From TPA_inf: Saccharomyces (lineage: Eukaryota): a stretch of 64,000 nucleotides of DNA. Made by a program: the position numbers and the translations under genes. The DNA lies in assembly GCA_000146045.2 (NCBI GenBank), contig BK006941.2:768001-832000 (forward strand), written 5' to 3'. Positions 34,440 through 45,054 of this stretch are shown one piece after another; position 1 is the first letter of the stretch; each line of letters opens with the position of its first letter. The notes under the pieces are model-generated. The model was not told the origin of the DNA. It made no database searches and saw only the letters and a program-made list of their open reading frames with translations.

Positions 34440-37049
34440 ATGTCCAGTTGTAAAACCACTTTGTCTGAAATGGTTGGTTCTGTGACAAAAGATAGGGGCA
34501 CTATCAACGTCGAAGCCAGAACACGTTCGAGTAATGTAACTTTCAAACCACCTGTAACCCACGATATGGTGCGTTCGCTTTTCGATCCAACTTTGAAGAA
34601 ATCTCTGCTGGAAAAATGCATCGCGCTAGCTATTATATCGAATTTTTTCATTTGTTATTGGGTCTTCCAAAGGTTTGGCTTACAGTTTACCAAATACTTT
34701 TTTCTGGTACAGTATTTATTTTGGAGAATTGCTTATAATTTAGGTATTGGACTGGTTCTGCATTACCAGTCACATTATGAAACACTAACGAATTGTGCTA
34801 AAACTCATGCGATTTTCAGCAAAATACCACAGAATAAAGATGCTAATTCGAATTTCTCAACAAATTCCAATTCCTTTTCAGAAAAATTTTGGAATTTTAT
34901 TAGGAAGTTCTGTCAATATGAGATTAGGTCTAAAATGCCAAAGGAGTATGATTTATTTGCCTATCCAGAAGAGATCAACGTCTGGTTGATATTTCGCCAG
35001 TTTGTCGATTTAATCTTGATGCAAGATTTTGTGACTTACATTATTTACGTTTACCTTTCTATTCCATATAGCTGGGTTCAAATCTTCAACTGGAGATCTT
35101 TGCTAGGTGTTATTTTGATTTTATTTAACATCTGGGTCAAGTTAGATGCGCATCGCGTGGTTAAAGATTATGCTTGGTACTGGGGTGATTTCTTCTTTTT
35201 GGAAGAATCTGAATTGATTTTTGATGGTGTCTTCAACATCTCTCCACATCCAATGTATTCTATTGGTTATTTGGGTTATTATGGCCTATCATTGATTTGT
35301 AATGACTACAAGGTTCTTCTGGTGTCCGTATTTGGACATTATTCTCAATTTTTGTTTCTGAAATACGTCGAAAATCCTCATATTGAAAGAACGTATGGTG
35401 ATGGCACTGATTCCGATTCTCAAATGAATAGCAGAATTGATGACTTGATATCAAAAGAGAATTACGATTATTCAAGACCTCTAATTAACATGGGTCTTTC
35501 TTTTAACAACTTCAATAAGCTAAGATTTACTGACTATTTCACAATTGGTACCGTAGCGGCACTTATGTTAGGAACAATCATGAATGCTAGGTTTATCAAT
35601 TTAAATTACCTCTTTATTACCGTTTTTGTAACAAAACTGGTTTCATGGTTATTTATCTCGACAATATTGTACAAGCAATCTCAGTCTAAATGGTTCACGA
35701 GATTGTTTTTGGAGAATGGTTACACACAAGTTTATTCCTATGAGCAATGGCAATTTATTTACAATTATTATTTGGTATTAACCTACACACTTATGATAAT
35801 TCATACAGGGCTTCAAATTTGGAGTAATTTTTCCAACATAAACAACAGTCAATTAATTTTTGGTTTAATTCTTGTGGCTTTACAAACATGGTGTGATAAG
35901 GAAACGAGACTAGCAATCTCTGATTTTGGTTGGTTTTATGGTGATTTTTTCTTGAGCAACTATATCTCAACTAGAAAGCTGACTTCCCAAGGTATCTACA
36001 GATATTTGAATCACCCAGAAGCGGTATTAGGCGTTGTTGGAGTTTGGGGTACTGTATTGATGACGAATTTTGCCGTTACAAATATTATCTTGGCTGTTTT
36101 ATGGACATTGACAAATTTTATTCTTGTCAAGTTTATTGAAACACCTCATGTTAATAAGATATATGGTAAAACTAAACGAGTTAGTGGTGTTGGAAAAACT
36201 TTACTAGGCTTGAAACCTCTAAGACAAGTTTCAGATATTGTCAATAGAATTGAAAATATTATAATCAAATCATTAGTTGATGAAAGCAAGAACTCCAATG
36301 GTGGGGCAGAACTTTTGCCCAAAAATTATCAAGATAACAAAGAATGGAATATTTTAATTCAGGAAGCAATGGATAGCGTTGCAACAAGATTGAGTCCATA
36401 CTGTGAATTGAAAATTGAAAACGAGCAGGTAGAAACCAATTTTGTCTTGCCTACTCCAGTAACTTTGAATTGGAAAATGCCCATTGAACTTTATAACGGA
36501 GATGATTGGATTGGTTTGTATAAAGTCATTGATACAAGGGCAGATCGTGAAAAAACAAGAGTTGGATCAGGTGGTCATTGGAGTGCGACTTCTAAAGATT
36601 CATATATGAACCATGGATTAAGACATAAAGAATCTGTAACAGAAATAAAGGCGACTGAAAAGTACGTTCAAGGTAAAGTGACATTCGACACGTCTTTGCT
36701 TTATTTTGAAAATGGTATCTACGAATTTAGGTATCATTCTGGTAACTCCCATAAGGTGTTATTGATTTCTACACCATTTGAAATTTCATTGCCGGTACTA
36801 AATACCACGACACCTGAACTGTTTGAGAAGGATTTGACTGAGTTTTTGACGAAAGTCAACGTTTTGAAGGATGGTAAATTTCGTCCATTAGGAAATAAGT
36901 TCTTCGGGATGGACAGCTTGAAACAATTGATTAAGAACTCAATTGGCGTCGAACTTTCGTCTGAGTATATGAGGAGAGTCAATGGTGACGCTCACGTTAT
37001 TTCGCATCGCGCTTGGGATATAAAACAAACGCTTGATAGTCTTGCTTGA
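34440..37049 (+). CDS. CHO2: Phosphatidylethanolamine N-methyltransferase (class VI-like PEMT, polytopic), 869 aa.
   Basis: 869 aa. Many TM helices. Duplicated PEMT motifs 'AWYWGDFFF' and 'FGWFYGDFFL'. Confidence 0.82.
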   Translation: MSSCKTTLSEMVGSVTKDRGTINVEARTRSSNVTFKPPVTHDMVRSLFDPTLKKSLLEKCIALAIISNFFICYWVFQRFGLQFTKYFFLVQYLFWRIAYNLGIGLVLHYQSHYETLTNCAKTHAIFSKIPQNKDANSNFSTNSNSFSEKFWNFIRKFCQYEIRSKMPKEYDLFAYPEEINVWLIFRQFVDLILMQDFVTYIIYVYLSIPYSWVQIFNWRSLLGVILILFNIWVKLDAHRVVKDYAWYWGDFFFLEESELIFDGVFNISPHPMYSIGYLGYYGLSLICNDYKVLLVSVFGHYSQFLFLKYVENPHIERTYGDGTDSDSQMNSRIDDLISKENYDYSRPLINMGLSFNNFNKLRFTDYFTIGTVAALMLGTIMNARFINLNYLFITVFVTKLVSWLFISTILYKQSQSKWFTRLFLENGYTQVYSYEQWQFIYNYYLVLTYTLMIIHTGLQIWSNFSNINNSQLIFGLILVALQTWCDKETRLAISDFGWFYGDFFLSNYISTRKLTSQGIYRYLNHPEAVLGVVGVWGTVLMTNFAVTNIILAVLWTLTNFILVKFIETPHVNKIYGKTKRVSGVGKTLLGLKPLRQVSDIVNRIENIIIKSLVDESKNSNGGAELLPKNYQDNKEWNILIQEAMDSVATRLSPYCELKIENEQVETNFVLPTPVTLNWKMPIELYNGDDWIGLYKVIDTRADREKTRVGSGGHWSATSKDSYMNHGLRHKESVTEIKATEKYVQGKVTFDTSLLYFENGIYEFRYHSGNSHKVLLISTPFEISLPVLNTTTPELFEKDLTEFLTKVNVLKDGKFRPLGNKFFGMDSLKQLIKNSIGVELSSEYMRRVNGDAHVISHRAWDIKQTLDSLA

Positions 37050-37268
37050 GTTTTTTTTTTTTGAGTATATATATTTAAAAAGTACTAGGATTCAAGTTAA
37101 CATTTTGAATAGAAGTAGTTATGTTGTTGTAATATAATGGAGCTACCATATATGCAGAATGACATTATAAATTATGATGTTGATGTACAATGCCTTTGTG
37201 CGCTTCTTTTACCATGAATTTTTTCTTAACCTCTTTCACTTTTCTTTCCGACTAGGATAATCTCGTGT

Positions 37269-38021
37269 CTAAGTTTCCTGGTTCATTAAACAGCTTATCA
37301 TTAAATCTCTATAACGGTTATATTGCTCCTTGCAACGATCAAGGCATTCCAAAAGATCTTCATCGTCACCATCATCCTTCCAAAAACCTACAATTTCCTC
37401 TCCATTTTTGATGAATGATACGACAGTGCCATTGGCCTCACCGGCACCTGCCATATCCACTAATTCGATGCCGGCATCAGCTAAGGCTAGCGTTATACTA
37501 GTGATACAATGTGGTATGAGAGATGATATTTGAGAAGACATCATTTTGCTTTGCGAATCGTCGTCCTGAGGATTATTTGTAAGATCCTTATCATACGTTA
37601 AATAAACGAAGATATCGATGCCGGACTTGGGGTAGCGAGATAGGTTTACTACTGAATTGAAAATGCCCATTAAAAAGCTGCTAACTTCCTTCAGTTCATT
37701 TGTGTTATATTTTTCCAGAAGACCGTTCTTTAACTGAATAGATATAGTACCTTGAGATGTGAAGGATCCTCTAATGGAGCGTGGTCCATAGACAGCGGTA
37801 ATGAGCGATGTTTGGTGTCCTAAGCTTCTAGCTTCTACTAATGCAGATCCATTGCAGTTTTCGATGAAACCGGTATGTAGAGAAAGTTCCTGTTCACTTT
37901 CATTGCCTTTAGGTGTCAAATCTGTTGATTTCTTTTCTGGCACATGAGTAGTAGTGTTGCTAAACGCCATTGGCTTGGCAGCAGCAGGGCCTAATAACCT
38001 CCTTCTGTCTTGAACATTCAT
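37269..38021 (-). CDS. MTR3: Exosome RNase-PH-like ring subunit, 250 aa.
   Basis: Coordinates are taken from the ORF track. My own base counting of the start codon is off by 1 nt (see rejected list). 250 aa, RNase PH-like. Position YGR158C. Confidence 0.65.
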
Positions 38022-38154
38022 TTATTCTGATAACACCTTAATGTGAGTATGTTCCTACTTTTAAGTGGAGTATGTGCTAATCCTTAAAGGAAGTTTTCGT
38101 GGCTCAATCAAGCACAACGCCCAAGCTTTTATTTAGATATTCATTTCATATTAC

Positions 38155-38220
38155 TGAAATTTTTTGAGTATTTTCCAAGGCCTTGTAATCTTCCGTATCT
38201 AGCGATCTCATCTCATCGTG
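38155..38220. promoter_or_regulatory. RRPE-like (TGAAATTTTTTGAG) and extended PAC (bottom strand CGATGAGATGAGATCGC) motifs in the MTR3 promoter.
   Basis: Top strand 'CTGAAATTTTTTGAG' and 'AGCGATCTCATCTCATCGTG', 130-200 bp upstream of the MTR3 ATG. Exosome genes belong to the ribosome-biogenesis regulon. Confidence 0.45.
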
Positions 38221-38411
38221 AAAAAAAAAAGAGTAAGCCATTCGAAGAAAAGTTGGCAAATAGAGATGGTGAATGAAAGGTTTAAGAATGTATCCTATTT
38301 ACTTACTAATGTACACAAAATATTATAGACCAAATTTTTCCTCAAAAATGGAATATAGTAATTAACGTAAAAAGAGAAAAAATTGAAATTGAAATTCATT
38401 TCATTTTCTCA

Positions 38412-39656
38412 TTAATCAAATGTTTTCTTTGAACCAGCGAAAGAAGCGGTATTTCTTGATCTGCCCAATGGAGCAGTATTAGCACCAGAACCAGATGGTC
38501 TGAAACCGCCACGGCCACCGCGAGCGCCACCACGACCACCGAATCCACGGTTACCGCCACGACCACCGCCACGACCACCAAAACCACGGCTACCGCCACG
38601 ACCACCATCGTTGTTTGGTCTTGGAGAAGAGAAGTCTAATCTAACTGGTCTGTTGTCAATGTATTCACCTTGTAAAGCGTCTAGAGCCTTCTTGGCGTCC
38701 TCCATGTTGGAGAATTGAACATAACCGAAACCTTTTGGTTGTTCAGTTTCTGGATGTGTTGGGATACGGACGGAAACAACTTCACCGTGTTTAGCGAATA
38801 ATTCGAAAATAGCGTCTCTGTCAGCATTGAAAGATAAGTTACCCAAGAACAAAGTGTCAGATGGTTCAGATGGGGTATCACCGAATTTCTTGGCACGATC
38901 GTTGTTACCAGCTGGCTTGCTTGTGGACATATCACAGTTGATTGGTCTACCATCAATTTCCTTACCTTGCATTTCTTGAATGGCCTTTTCAGCATAAGAT
39001 TTGTTTTCAAAATCAACGTAACCATAACCACGAGATCTATCGGTACCTCTTTCATAAATAACTCTGGCACCAATGACACCACCGATGTGTTCGAATTCCT
39101 TCTTCAACCATTCGTCATCAATAGACCACGATAGTCTACCAACGAAAATAGTAGCTGGTTCTTCGGTTTCTTCATTTTTTTGCTTCTTGTTGGAAGACTC
39201 TTCGTCTTCTTCTTCTTCGGCGTCCTCAGATTTACGTTTCTTATCGTTAGACTCTTCCTTTTCGCTTTCGCTATCAGAAGATGAAGATGAGGATGAATCA
39301 GAGCTAGAAGATTCTTTTGATTCTTCCTTCTTGGTTTCTTCTTTTTCTTCTTCTTCTTCTTCGTCGGAAGAAGAGTCAGAGGAAGAGGAAGAGGAATCCT
39401 TGGATTCTTCCTTCTTGGTTTCAGCTTCACTTTCGCTGTCAGAAGACGATGAAGAAGAGGATTCAGAATCAGAGGATGAAGATGAAGATGAAGATTCAGA
39501 TTCAGACTCAGACTCAGATTCAGATTCAGATGAAGATGAAGATGAGGATGAAGATTCGGAGGAAGAGGAAGAGACGGCCTTAGCTTTTTCTTCTTTGGCT
39601 TGTTTGGAAGCCTTAACTTCCTTCTTGTTACCTTTTACTTTAGTAGTCTTAGCCAT
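38412..39656 (-). CDS. NSR1: Nucleolin-like nucleolar protein: acidic/Ser-rich N-terminus, two RRMs, C-terminal RGG (GAR) domain, 414 aa.
   Basis: '[55 protein letters not shown]...'. RRM RNP1 'KGFGYVQF'. C-terminal 'GGRGGSRGFGGRGGGRGGNRGFGGRGGARGGRGGFRPSG'. Confidence 0.92.
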   Translation of the reverse strand: MAKTTKVKGNKKEVKASKQAKEEKAKAVSSSSSESSSSSSSSSESESESESESESSSSSSSSDSESSSSSSSDSESEAETKKEESKDSSSSSSDSSSDEEEEEEKEETKKEESKESSSSDSSSSSSSDSESEKEESNDKKRKSEDAEEEEDEESSNKKQKNEETEEPATIFVGRLSWSIDDEWLKKEFEHIGGVIGARVIYERGTDRSRGYGYVDFENKSYAEKAIQEMQGKEIDGRPINCDMSTSKPAGNNDRAKKFGDTPSEPSDTLFLGNLSFNADRDAIFELFAKHGEVVSVRIPTHPETEQPKGFGYVQFSNMEDAKKALDALQGEYIDNRPVRLDFSSPRPNNDGGRGGSRGFGGRGGGRGGNRGFGGRGGARGGRGGFRPSGSGANTAPLGRSRNTASFAGSKKTFD

Positions 39657-39818
39657 CTTATTTTATCCTGCCTGGGTTGAGTGATCCGAAATTGGTTAAC
39701 AGTTCGTCTTTGGGAAGCAAAAGTAAGAAAAATACTACGAAAGGAAATAACTTAAGGTACCAATGGATTGGGAAGTGCAGACAGCAACAGCTACACTTAA
39801 GTACTTTTAATATTGGAT

Positions 39819-39845
39819 TGAAAATTTTCGTTCTTGCGATGAGCT
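39819..39845. promoter_or_regulatory. RRPE-like (TGAAAATTTTC) plus an exact PAC decamer GCGATGAGCT about 165-190 bp upstream of NSR1.
   Basis: 'GATTGAAAATTTTCGTTCTTGCGATGAGCTGCCC'. PAC consensus GCGATGAGCT is matched 10/10. Confidence 0.55.
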
Positions 39846-39865
39846 GCCCTTGCAAATTTTTCACC

Positions 39866-39884
39866 AAAAAAAAAAAAAAAAAAA
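39866..39884. promoter_or_regulatory. A19 homopolymer (poly dA:dT) in the NSR1 promoter, a likely nucleosome-excluding element.
   Basis: 'CACCAAAAAAAAAAAAAAAAAAAGAAATGG'. Confidence 0.5.
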
Positions 39885-40386
39885 GAAATGGAGTGAAAAA
39901 AGAAACGAAAAAAAAGGGCATGGGGACCCATACATCAGGCACTTACCCCCAGGAAGGATTACGTCTTTAAATCAGAGGATCAAAGGGTAATTAACAACCA
40001 CCAGTCGAATTGCTGTCGTCTTTCTTCAATTGCTTTATCCAAAAATCTGAATGGATGTAAGTATTGCCCAGTAAGTTTTCTTGGCAAAATAACCTATAGC
40101 GAAATAGACAATCAACGTGATGGGGTTTAAATAGCTAGCGGTAAGTAACCACTAGTAGAACGTAGCTCCATAGCGTGTAATTTGGCGGCAAAATATGTGA
40201 AGCAAGCATATTCGTTATTACTTAGCTGCCTGTGAAATCCTGTCTGTGCCTTCTCTTTGCCTTTACTTTGTATAAAAACATATCAACACTGTCTCTGCGT
40301 ATGAGGCCGAGGTATTTAGAGCATAAGAAAAAATGTGAACAAAAATAGTGTCATCTCCAGTAAGGCTTAAATGTATATTGATTTTC

Positions 40387-40414
<28 letters not shown>
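40387..40414. repeat. (TA)14 dinucleotide microsatellite in the NSR1-RTS3 intergenic region.
   Basis: 'TCTATATATATATATATATATATATATATATTTATG'. Confidence 0.85.
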
Positions 40415-40417
<3 letters not shown>

Positions 40418-40628
40418 GAAATAAACCATATAATTATAAGTAGTAGCTTGGAAAAACGCCAAAGTTGTACTTAGAATGAGGTTTTAAAAAAAAATTATAA
40501 AAAAAAACCAAGCGAGAAGTCACGCTTATAACGCAAGTGCACGAACTGCATATGTGTTGGATTGCCAAAGATCAATAGGAAGAATATATTTAGAGAAACT
40601 CTGTTTTCTTATGTATCTCGCTTACAGC

Positions 40629-41420
40629 CTATTTCAATGAACCAGTTTGGAATCTCTTTGCCATGAGATCAGCCTTTAAAGAGTTTGAGCCATCGAGACT
40701 GTAATTGGAAGAACGCCTTCTCCTGTCATGAAGAAGAGCACCGGATTCGGTTAAATCGCTAGACGAAATGCCGCTTAGAGAACGTGGAAGAAGAGTGTGA
40801 TGTGGAAGATCGGCGGAGGGAAGGTTTCTGTTTGTTGTTGGTGCTGAGTGGATTTTAGTCTCAATGGGGAAAATCGTGTCTGAGATGCTTGTTCCGTTAG
40901 ATATGGAAGCGTTCCGGCTTGACCTTCTGGCGGAATGGGAAATGTGGGTCATGGAGTCCTTGGGTGTTAAGGGAAGTACGGTGTGTCTGGATGCACCATC
41001 TGTGAGCTTTAGCTTTGGAGTGTCGAGGGTGTAACCATAATTGCAGTCATCATCATCTAGGATGGCAGACTCGCCTTCGAAAAATGGAGACGACCTTCTA
41101 GCCGGGACCGGATGGTGCAGTTGATTTTTTAACCTAGAGTTTTCTTCTTTTAAAGTTTCAATTTCCCGTAGAAGTCTTACTACAATAGCGTCTTGCTCCT
41201 TTTCCATTTCGTTTATTATTTCTTCCCTCGAAAGCCTTCTCTGTGCTGACATTGGTGACGAAGAAGGAGACGACGACGTCGAAAGTCTGCGAGGATCACG
41301 TGCTACAGCTGGTCTCATGGCTCTTGTAACTGAAGTTTGTCTCTCTCTGCATGGTTTGGCAACAGCCTTCTTGTGTTTTGATTCTTTATTCATGTTTACG
41401 GCTCTGGAGGTAGCGATCAT
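40629..41420 (-). CDS. RTS3: Ser/Arg-rich putative PP2A-associated regulatory protein, 263 aa.
   Basis: Real ATG at 41418..41420. 263 aa matches YGR161C. Coiled-coil 'IVVRLLREIETLKEENSRLKNQL'. Synteny. Confidence 0.5.
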   Translation of the reverse strand: MIATSRAVNMNKESKHKKAVAKPCRERQTSVTRAMRPAVARDPRRLSTSSSPSSSPMSAQRRLSREEIINEMEKEQDAIVVRLLREIETLKEENSRLKNQLHHPVPARRSSPFFEGESAILDDDDCNYGYTLDTPKLKLTDGASRHTVLPLTPKDSMTHISHSARRSSRNASISNGTSISDTIFPIETKIHSAPTTNRNLPSADLPHHTLLPRSLSGISSSDLTESGALLHDRRRRSSNYSLDGSNSLKADLMAKRFQTGSLK

Positions 41421-42226
41421 TATACTTTATCTTCTATTAATGCTATGATTGATGAATTATACGTATGTATGTATCTGTAAGAAAATAGCCGAATGATTGA
41501 TTATCTTTTCTTATATATGATTCAAGGGAACGAAAAGAAGACAAGATAATGTTAGGCAAGATAGTTTTTTAGACGACTGAGGCCGAAGATAAGCTTTATA
41601 TATATGCAAGTCTATTTTTGTACGGGCGAAACCATCTAAGCCAACGATAACAATAGCCAGCTATGATCGTTGAGTACAGCGTGGGGCAATTTTTAGCGTG
41701 ATTGATAAGGGCGCATTATCTCATCATCCATCGCCAATTTGGGACTCTAACGGCAAACCTCGGATTTCCGTGGAAACGCATGGAAAAATTGATCCGGGCT
41801 GTGAGGGGAGTCGAGTCAGTCACTTTTTGGCAACTCTCTCCGTCATGACCACTACTCCGCGGTAGCTGCCAAATTTGGTATTTCCAGGTTGTTTTTTGTG
41901 GACAGCCCGCGATCATATGTAAGAGCAGGATGTGTCATCCGCGGGTGAGGTAAACGCTGGCTTGCCATTATGGTTTTTTGGTACGTGTTGAACACGTTGC
42001 TTACGATCTTGGTAGGGGCGGGCTGTGATGTGAGAGCCACAAACCCGCTTCCTCGTTGTGGCTCTGGCGCTCCGTTTCTTCTTTCCCCCGCCTTGTAATA
42101 TGTCGTGCATGCGTCCATGATGATATCGTATTTATTGTATATTGTGGTGATTTCGGCATATTTTAGCACATCTGTAGTATACCACAGAGCTAAAACAACC
42201 GATTATAGTCAACATTATACAGCATT

Positions 42227-42505
42227 ATGTCTGGATACTTCAACCATCTTTCTTCGAATGCACATTTCGCAAATATTCAAGCCGATCAGGGCTTCATAGG
42301 TGATGCTACTGGCACAAGCAGCGATCATGGCAGTAGTGGCATGGTTGATTTTGCCCTACAACTCGGAGAACTGAGCCTAGAAGAGAAAATACTTAAAGAG
42401 TTCACCTTATTCCAGAGCAAGAACATGGACTTATTGCAAGAGACGGCGACGGCGTGTCCGAGTACTAATCCTTCCTTGAGACAGAGCCGAATTCAAGGCT
42501 GGTGA
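42227..42505 (+). CDS. Small non-low-complexity ORF of 92 aa. It could correspond to the small annotated ORF YGR161W-C.
   Basis: Real ATG. Balanced hydrophilic composition 'MSGYFNHLSSNAHFANIQADQGFIGDATGTSSDHGSSGMVDFALQLGELSLEEKILKEF...'. Sits alone in a 2-kb gap with a GC-rich upstream segment. There is no homology evidence. Confidence 0.3.
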   Translation: MSGYFNHLSSNAHFANIQADQGFIGDATGTSSDHGSSGMVDFALQLGELSLEEKILKEFTLFQSKNMDLLQETATACPSTNPSLRQSRIQGW

Positions 42506-43737
42506 ACGCCTGATGCGAGCTATACGTTTTGTGCTCACCGTGCACATATGGTGGCTACTTTTCTACTCAAACACGTTTGAAAAACGGCATACGATTAGCT
42601 TACAGATTGAACTCAAAGAAGTCGCAATGGGAGGTGCAGAAGATGACGTGTTACTTAGTTTATAATACAATGTGTTTTATATATCGATTCTTCGTTTATG
42701 CATTTCTGGACGATTGCTTTTCACTGTAAATACGCACTAATATTCATGAATATAAAAAAATGTAACATCATATCTCAATGTTCTTCTCCGTCAGTCAGAT
42801 AGTGGCAAGGCTGTGATAGGACATTCTTAGAACGCCAAGAAAATCAAAAATTTGAACGGTATCTAAATTCATTTGTCGAACCCTTGAAGAAACTCACAGA
42901 GCGGGGTATCTACTATTTTGTTTTCGTTCTTTTGAATCTCCGCTACGTCACATTTTCTACAACCCTCAGGTCCCCTCACCACGAAAATCCAAGATTTGTA
43001 AAATATGAGCCGCGTATTTCTGCAATGGTAGAAACGATAATGTACCTATCGTACAACGATACATTATTTTAGTGCATTATAAGCCGCTTGATTCATGTTG
43101 ATAATTAGCGGCTAAATTGTAGTAGTCATTCAAAATAATCGTACACCTTCATATAGTTATGAAAGGGGTATAAAAGATGAACGCTCGTTGGCCATGTCAA
43201 AGGTGCCTTAAAAATAACAATGCTTGCGGTAGTACGTGTGCAAAGTGTATATTCGCATGAGAGGTGATCGGAAATTGCTTTATCGCCCCACTAATTCTGA
43301 TTCTTATTCAAATATTTATGTCACGTAGCGAGCTTACTTATCCATATATCAAAGGAAATCCAGATATAAACTCAAACTAATTCTTCTGTTTCCACGTAAC
43401 TAGCATTCACATTGTAGTTTTCTAGATTACAGCAATTTATATATATTGTTGGAATAAAAATCAACTATCATCTACTAACTAGTATTTACGTTACTAGTAT
43501 ATTATCATATACGGTGTTAGAAGATGACGCAAATGATGAGAAATAGTCATCTAAATTAGTGGAAGCTGAAACGCAAGGATTGATAATGTAATAGGATCAA
43601 TGAATATTAACATATAAAATGATGATAATAATATTTATAGAATTGTGTAGAATTGCAGATTCCCTTTTATGGATTCCTAAATCCTCGAGGAGAACTTCTA
43701 GTATATCTACATACCTAATATTATTGCCTTATCAAAA

Positions 43738-45054
43738 ATGGAATCCCAACAATTACATCAAAATCCACATTCTCTACATGGTAGCGCCTATGCTTCGGTT
43801 ACTTCTAAGGAAGTCCCATCAAATCAAGATCCGTTAGCCGTTTCAGCTTCCAATTTACCGGAATTTGATAGAGATTCCACTAAGGTTAATTCTCAACAAG
43901 AGACAACACCTGGGACATCAGCTGTTCCAGAGAACCATCATCATGTCTCTCCTCAACCTGCTTCAGTACCACCTCCACAGAATGGACAGTACCAACAGCA
44001 CGGCATGATGACCCCAAACAAAGCTATGGCCTCTAACTGGGCACATTACCAACAACCGTCTATGATGACGTGTTCACATTATCAAACGTCACCTGCGTAT
44101 TATCAACCGGACCCACACTATCCGTTGCCACAGTATATCCCACCACTGAGTACTTCCTCACCTGATCCAATCGATTCACAGAATCAACACTCTGAAGTAC
44201 CTCAAGCTGAGACAAAGGTGAGAAATAACGTCTTACCACCACACACTTTAACATCAGAAGAAAACTTTTCTACATGGGTTAAATTTTACATCAGATTTTT
44301 GAAGAACTCTAATCTCGGTGACATCATTCCAAATGACCAGGGTGAAATCAAAAGTCAAATGACTTATGAAGAACATGCGTATATATACAATACCTTCCAA
44401 GCATTTGCCCCATTTCATTTATTGCCAACATGGGTAAAACAAATTTTAGAAATTAATTATGCTGACATCCTTACAGTCCTTTGTAAAAGTGTGTCCAAAA
44501 TGCAAACTAACAATCAAGAATTAAAGGATTGGATAGCTCTTGCCAACCTTGAGTACGACGGAAGTACATCTGCTGATACATTTGAAATTACAGTCAGTAC
44601 GATCATTCAGAGGCTAAAAGAAAACAATATCAATGTTAGCGACAGATTGGCCTGTCAACTAATACTTAAAGGTCTATCCGGTGACTTCAAATACCTACGT
44701 AATCAATATCGTACCAAAACGAACATGAAACTTTCCCAATTATTCGCTGAAATTCAGTTAATATATGACGAAAATAAAATCATGAATCTAAATAAACCGT
44801 CCCAATACAAACAACACAGCGAATACAAAAATGTTTCTCGCACATCTCCAAACACGACTAACACAAAGGTTACAACTCGTAATTATCATAGAACAAATAG
44901 TTCAAAACCAAGAGCAGCAAAAGCTCACAATATTGCTACATCTAGTAAATTCTCAAGGGTGAACAATGATCACATTAATGAATCAACCGTTTCATCACAA
45001 TACTTAAGCGATGACAACGAACTTAGTCTTAGGCCAGCAACAGAAAGAATCTAA
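43738..45054 (+). CDS. TY2A: Ty2 TYA (Gag), 438 aa.
   Basis: The ATG lies inside the 5' LTR as expected. The Ty2-specific Gag sequence is 438 aa, versus 440 aa for Ty1. Confidence 0.88.
45028..45034 (+). promoter_or_regulatory. Ty +1 programmed ribosomal frameshift heptamer CTT-AGG-C (TYA into TYB).
   Basis: CTTAGGC with CTT in the TYA frame, 20 nt before the TYA stop. TYB continues in the +1 frame. Confidence 0.85.

Noticed and set aside
37980-38022. Possible 1-nt discrepancy at the MTR3 start. By my base counting the ATG complement 'cat' sits at 38020..38022, and I read an extra A near 37980 that would frameshift the N-terminus.
   Set aside because: The computed ORF track gives an uninterrupted 250-aa MTR3 ending at 38021, and the flanking coordinates (37269 stop, NSR1 at 38412) check out. 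This is most likely my own miscount of the printed sequence, not a real frameshift. Flagged only so it can be re-checked.
39073-39684. 203-aa plus-strand ORF antisense to NSR1 (corresponds to a dubious YGR160W-type ORF).
   Set aside because: It lies entirely within the NSR1 acidic/Ser repeat region. Its Ser/Asp/Glu-rich translation is a by-product of the low-complexity sense strand. There is no independent start context.
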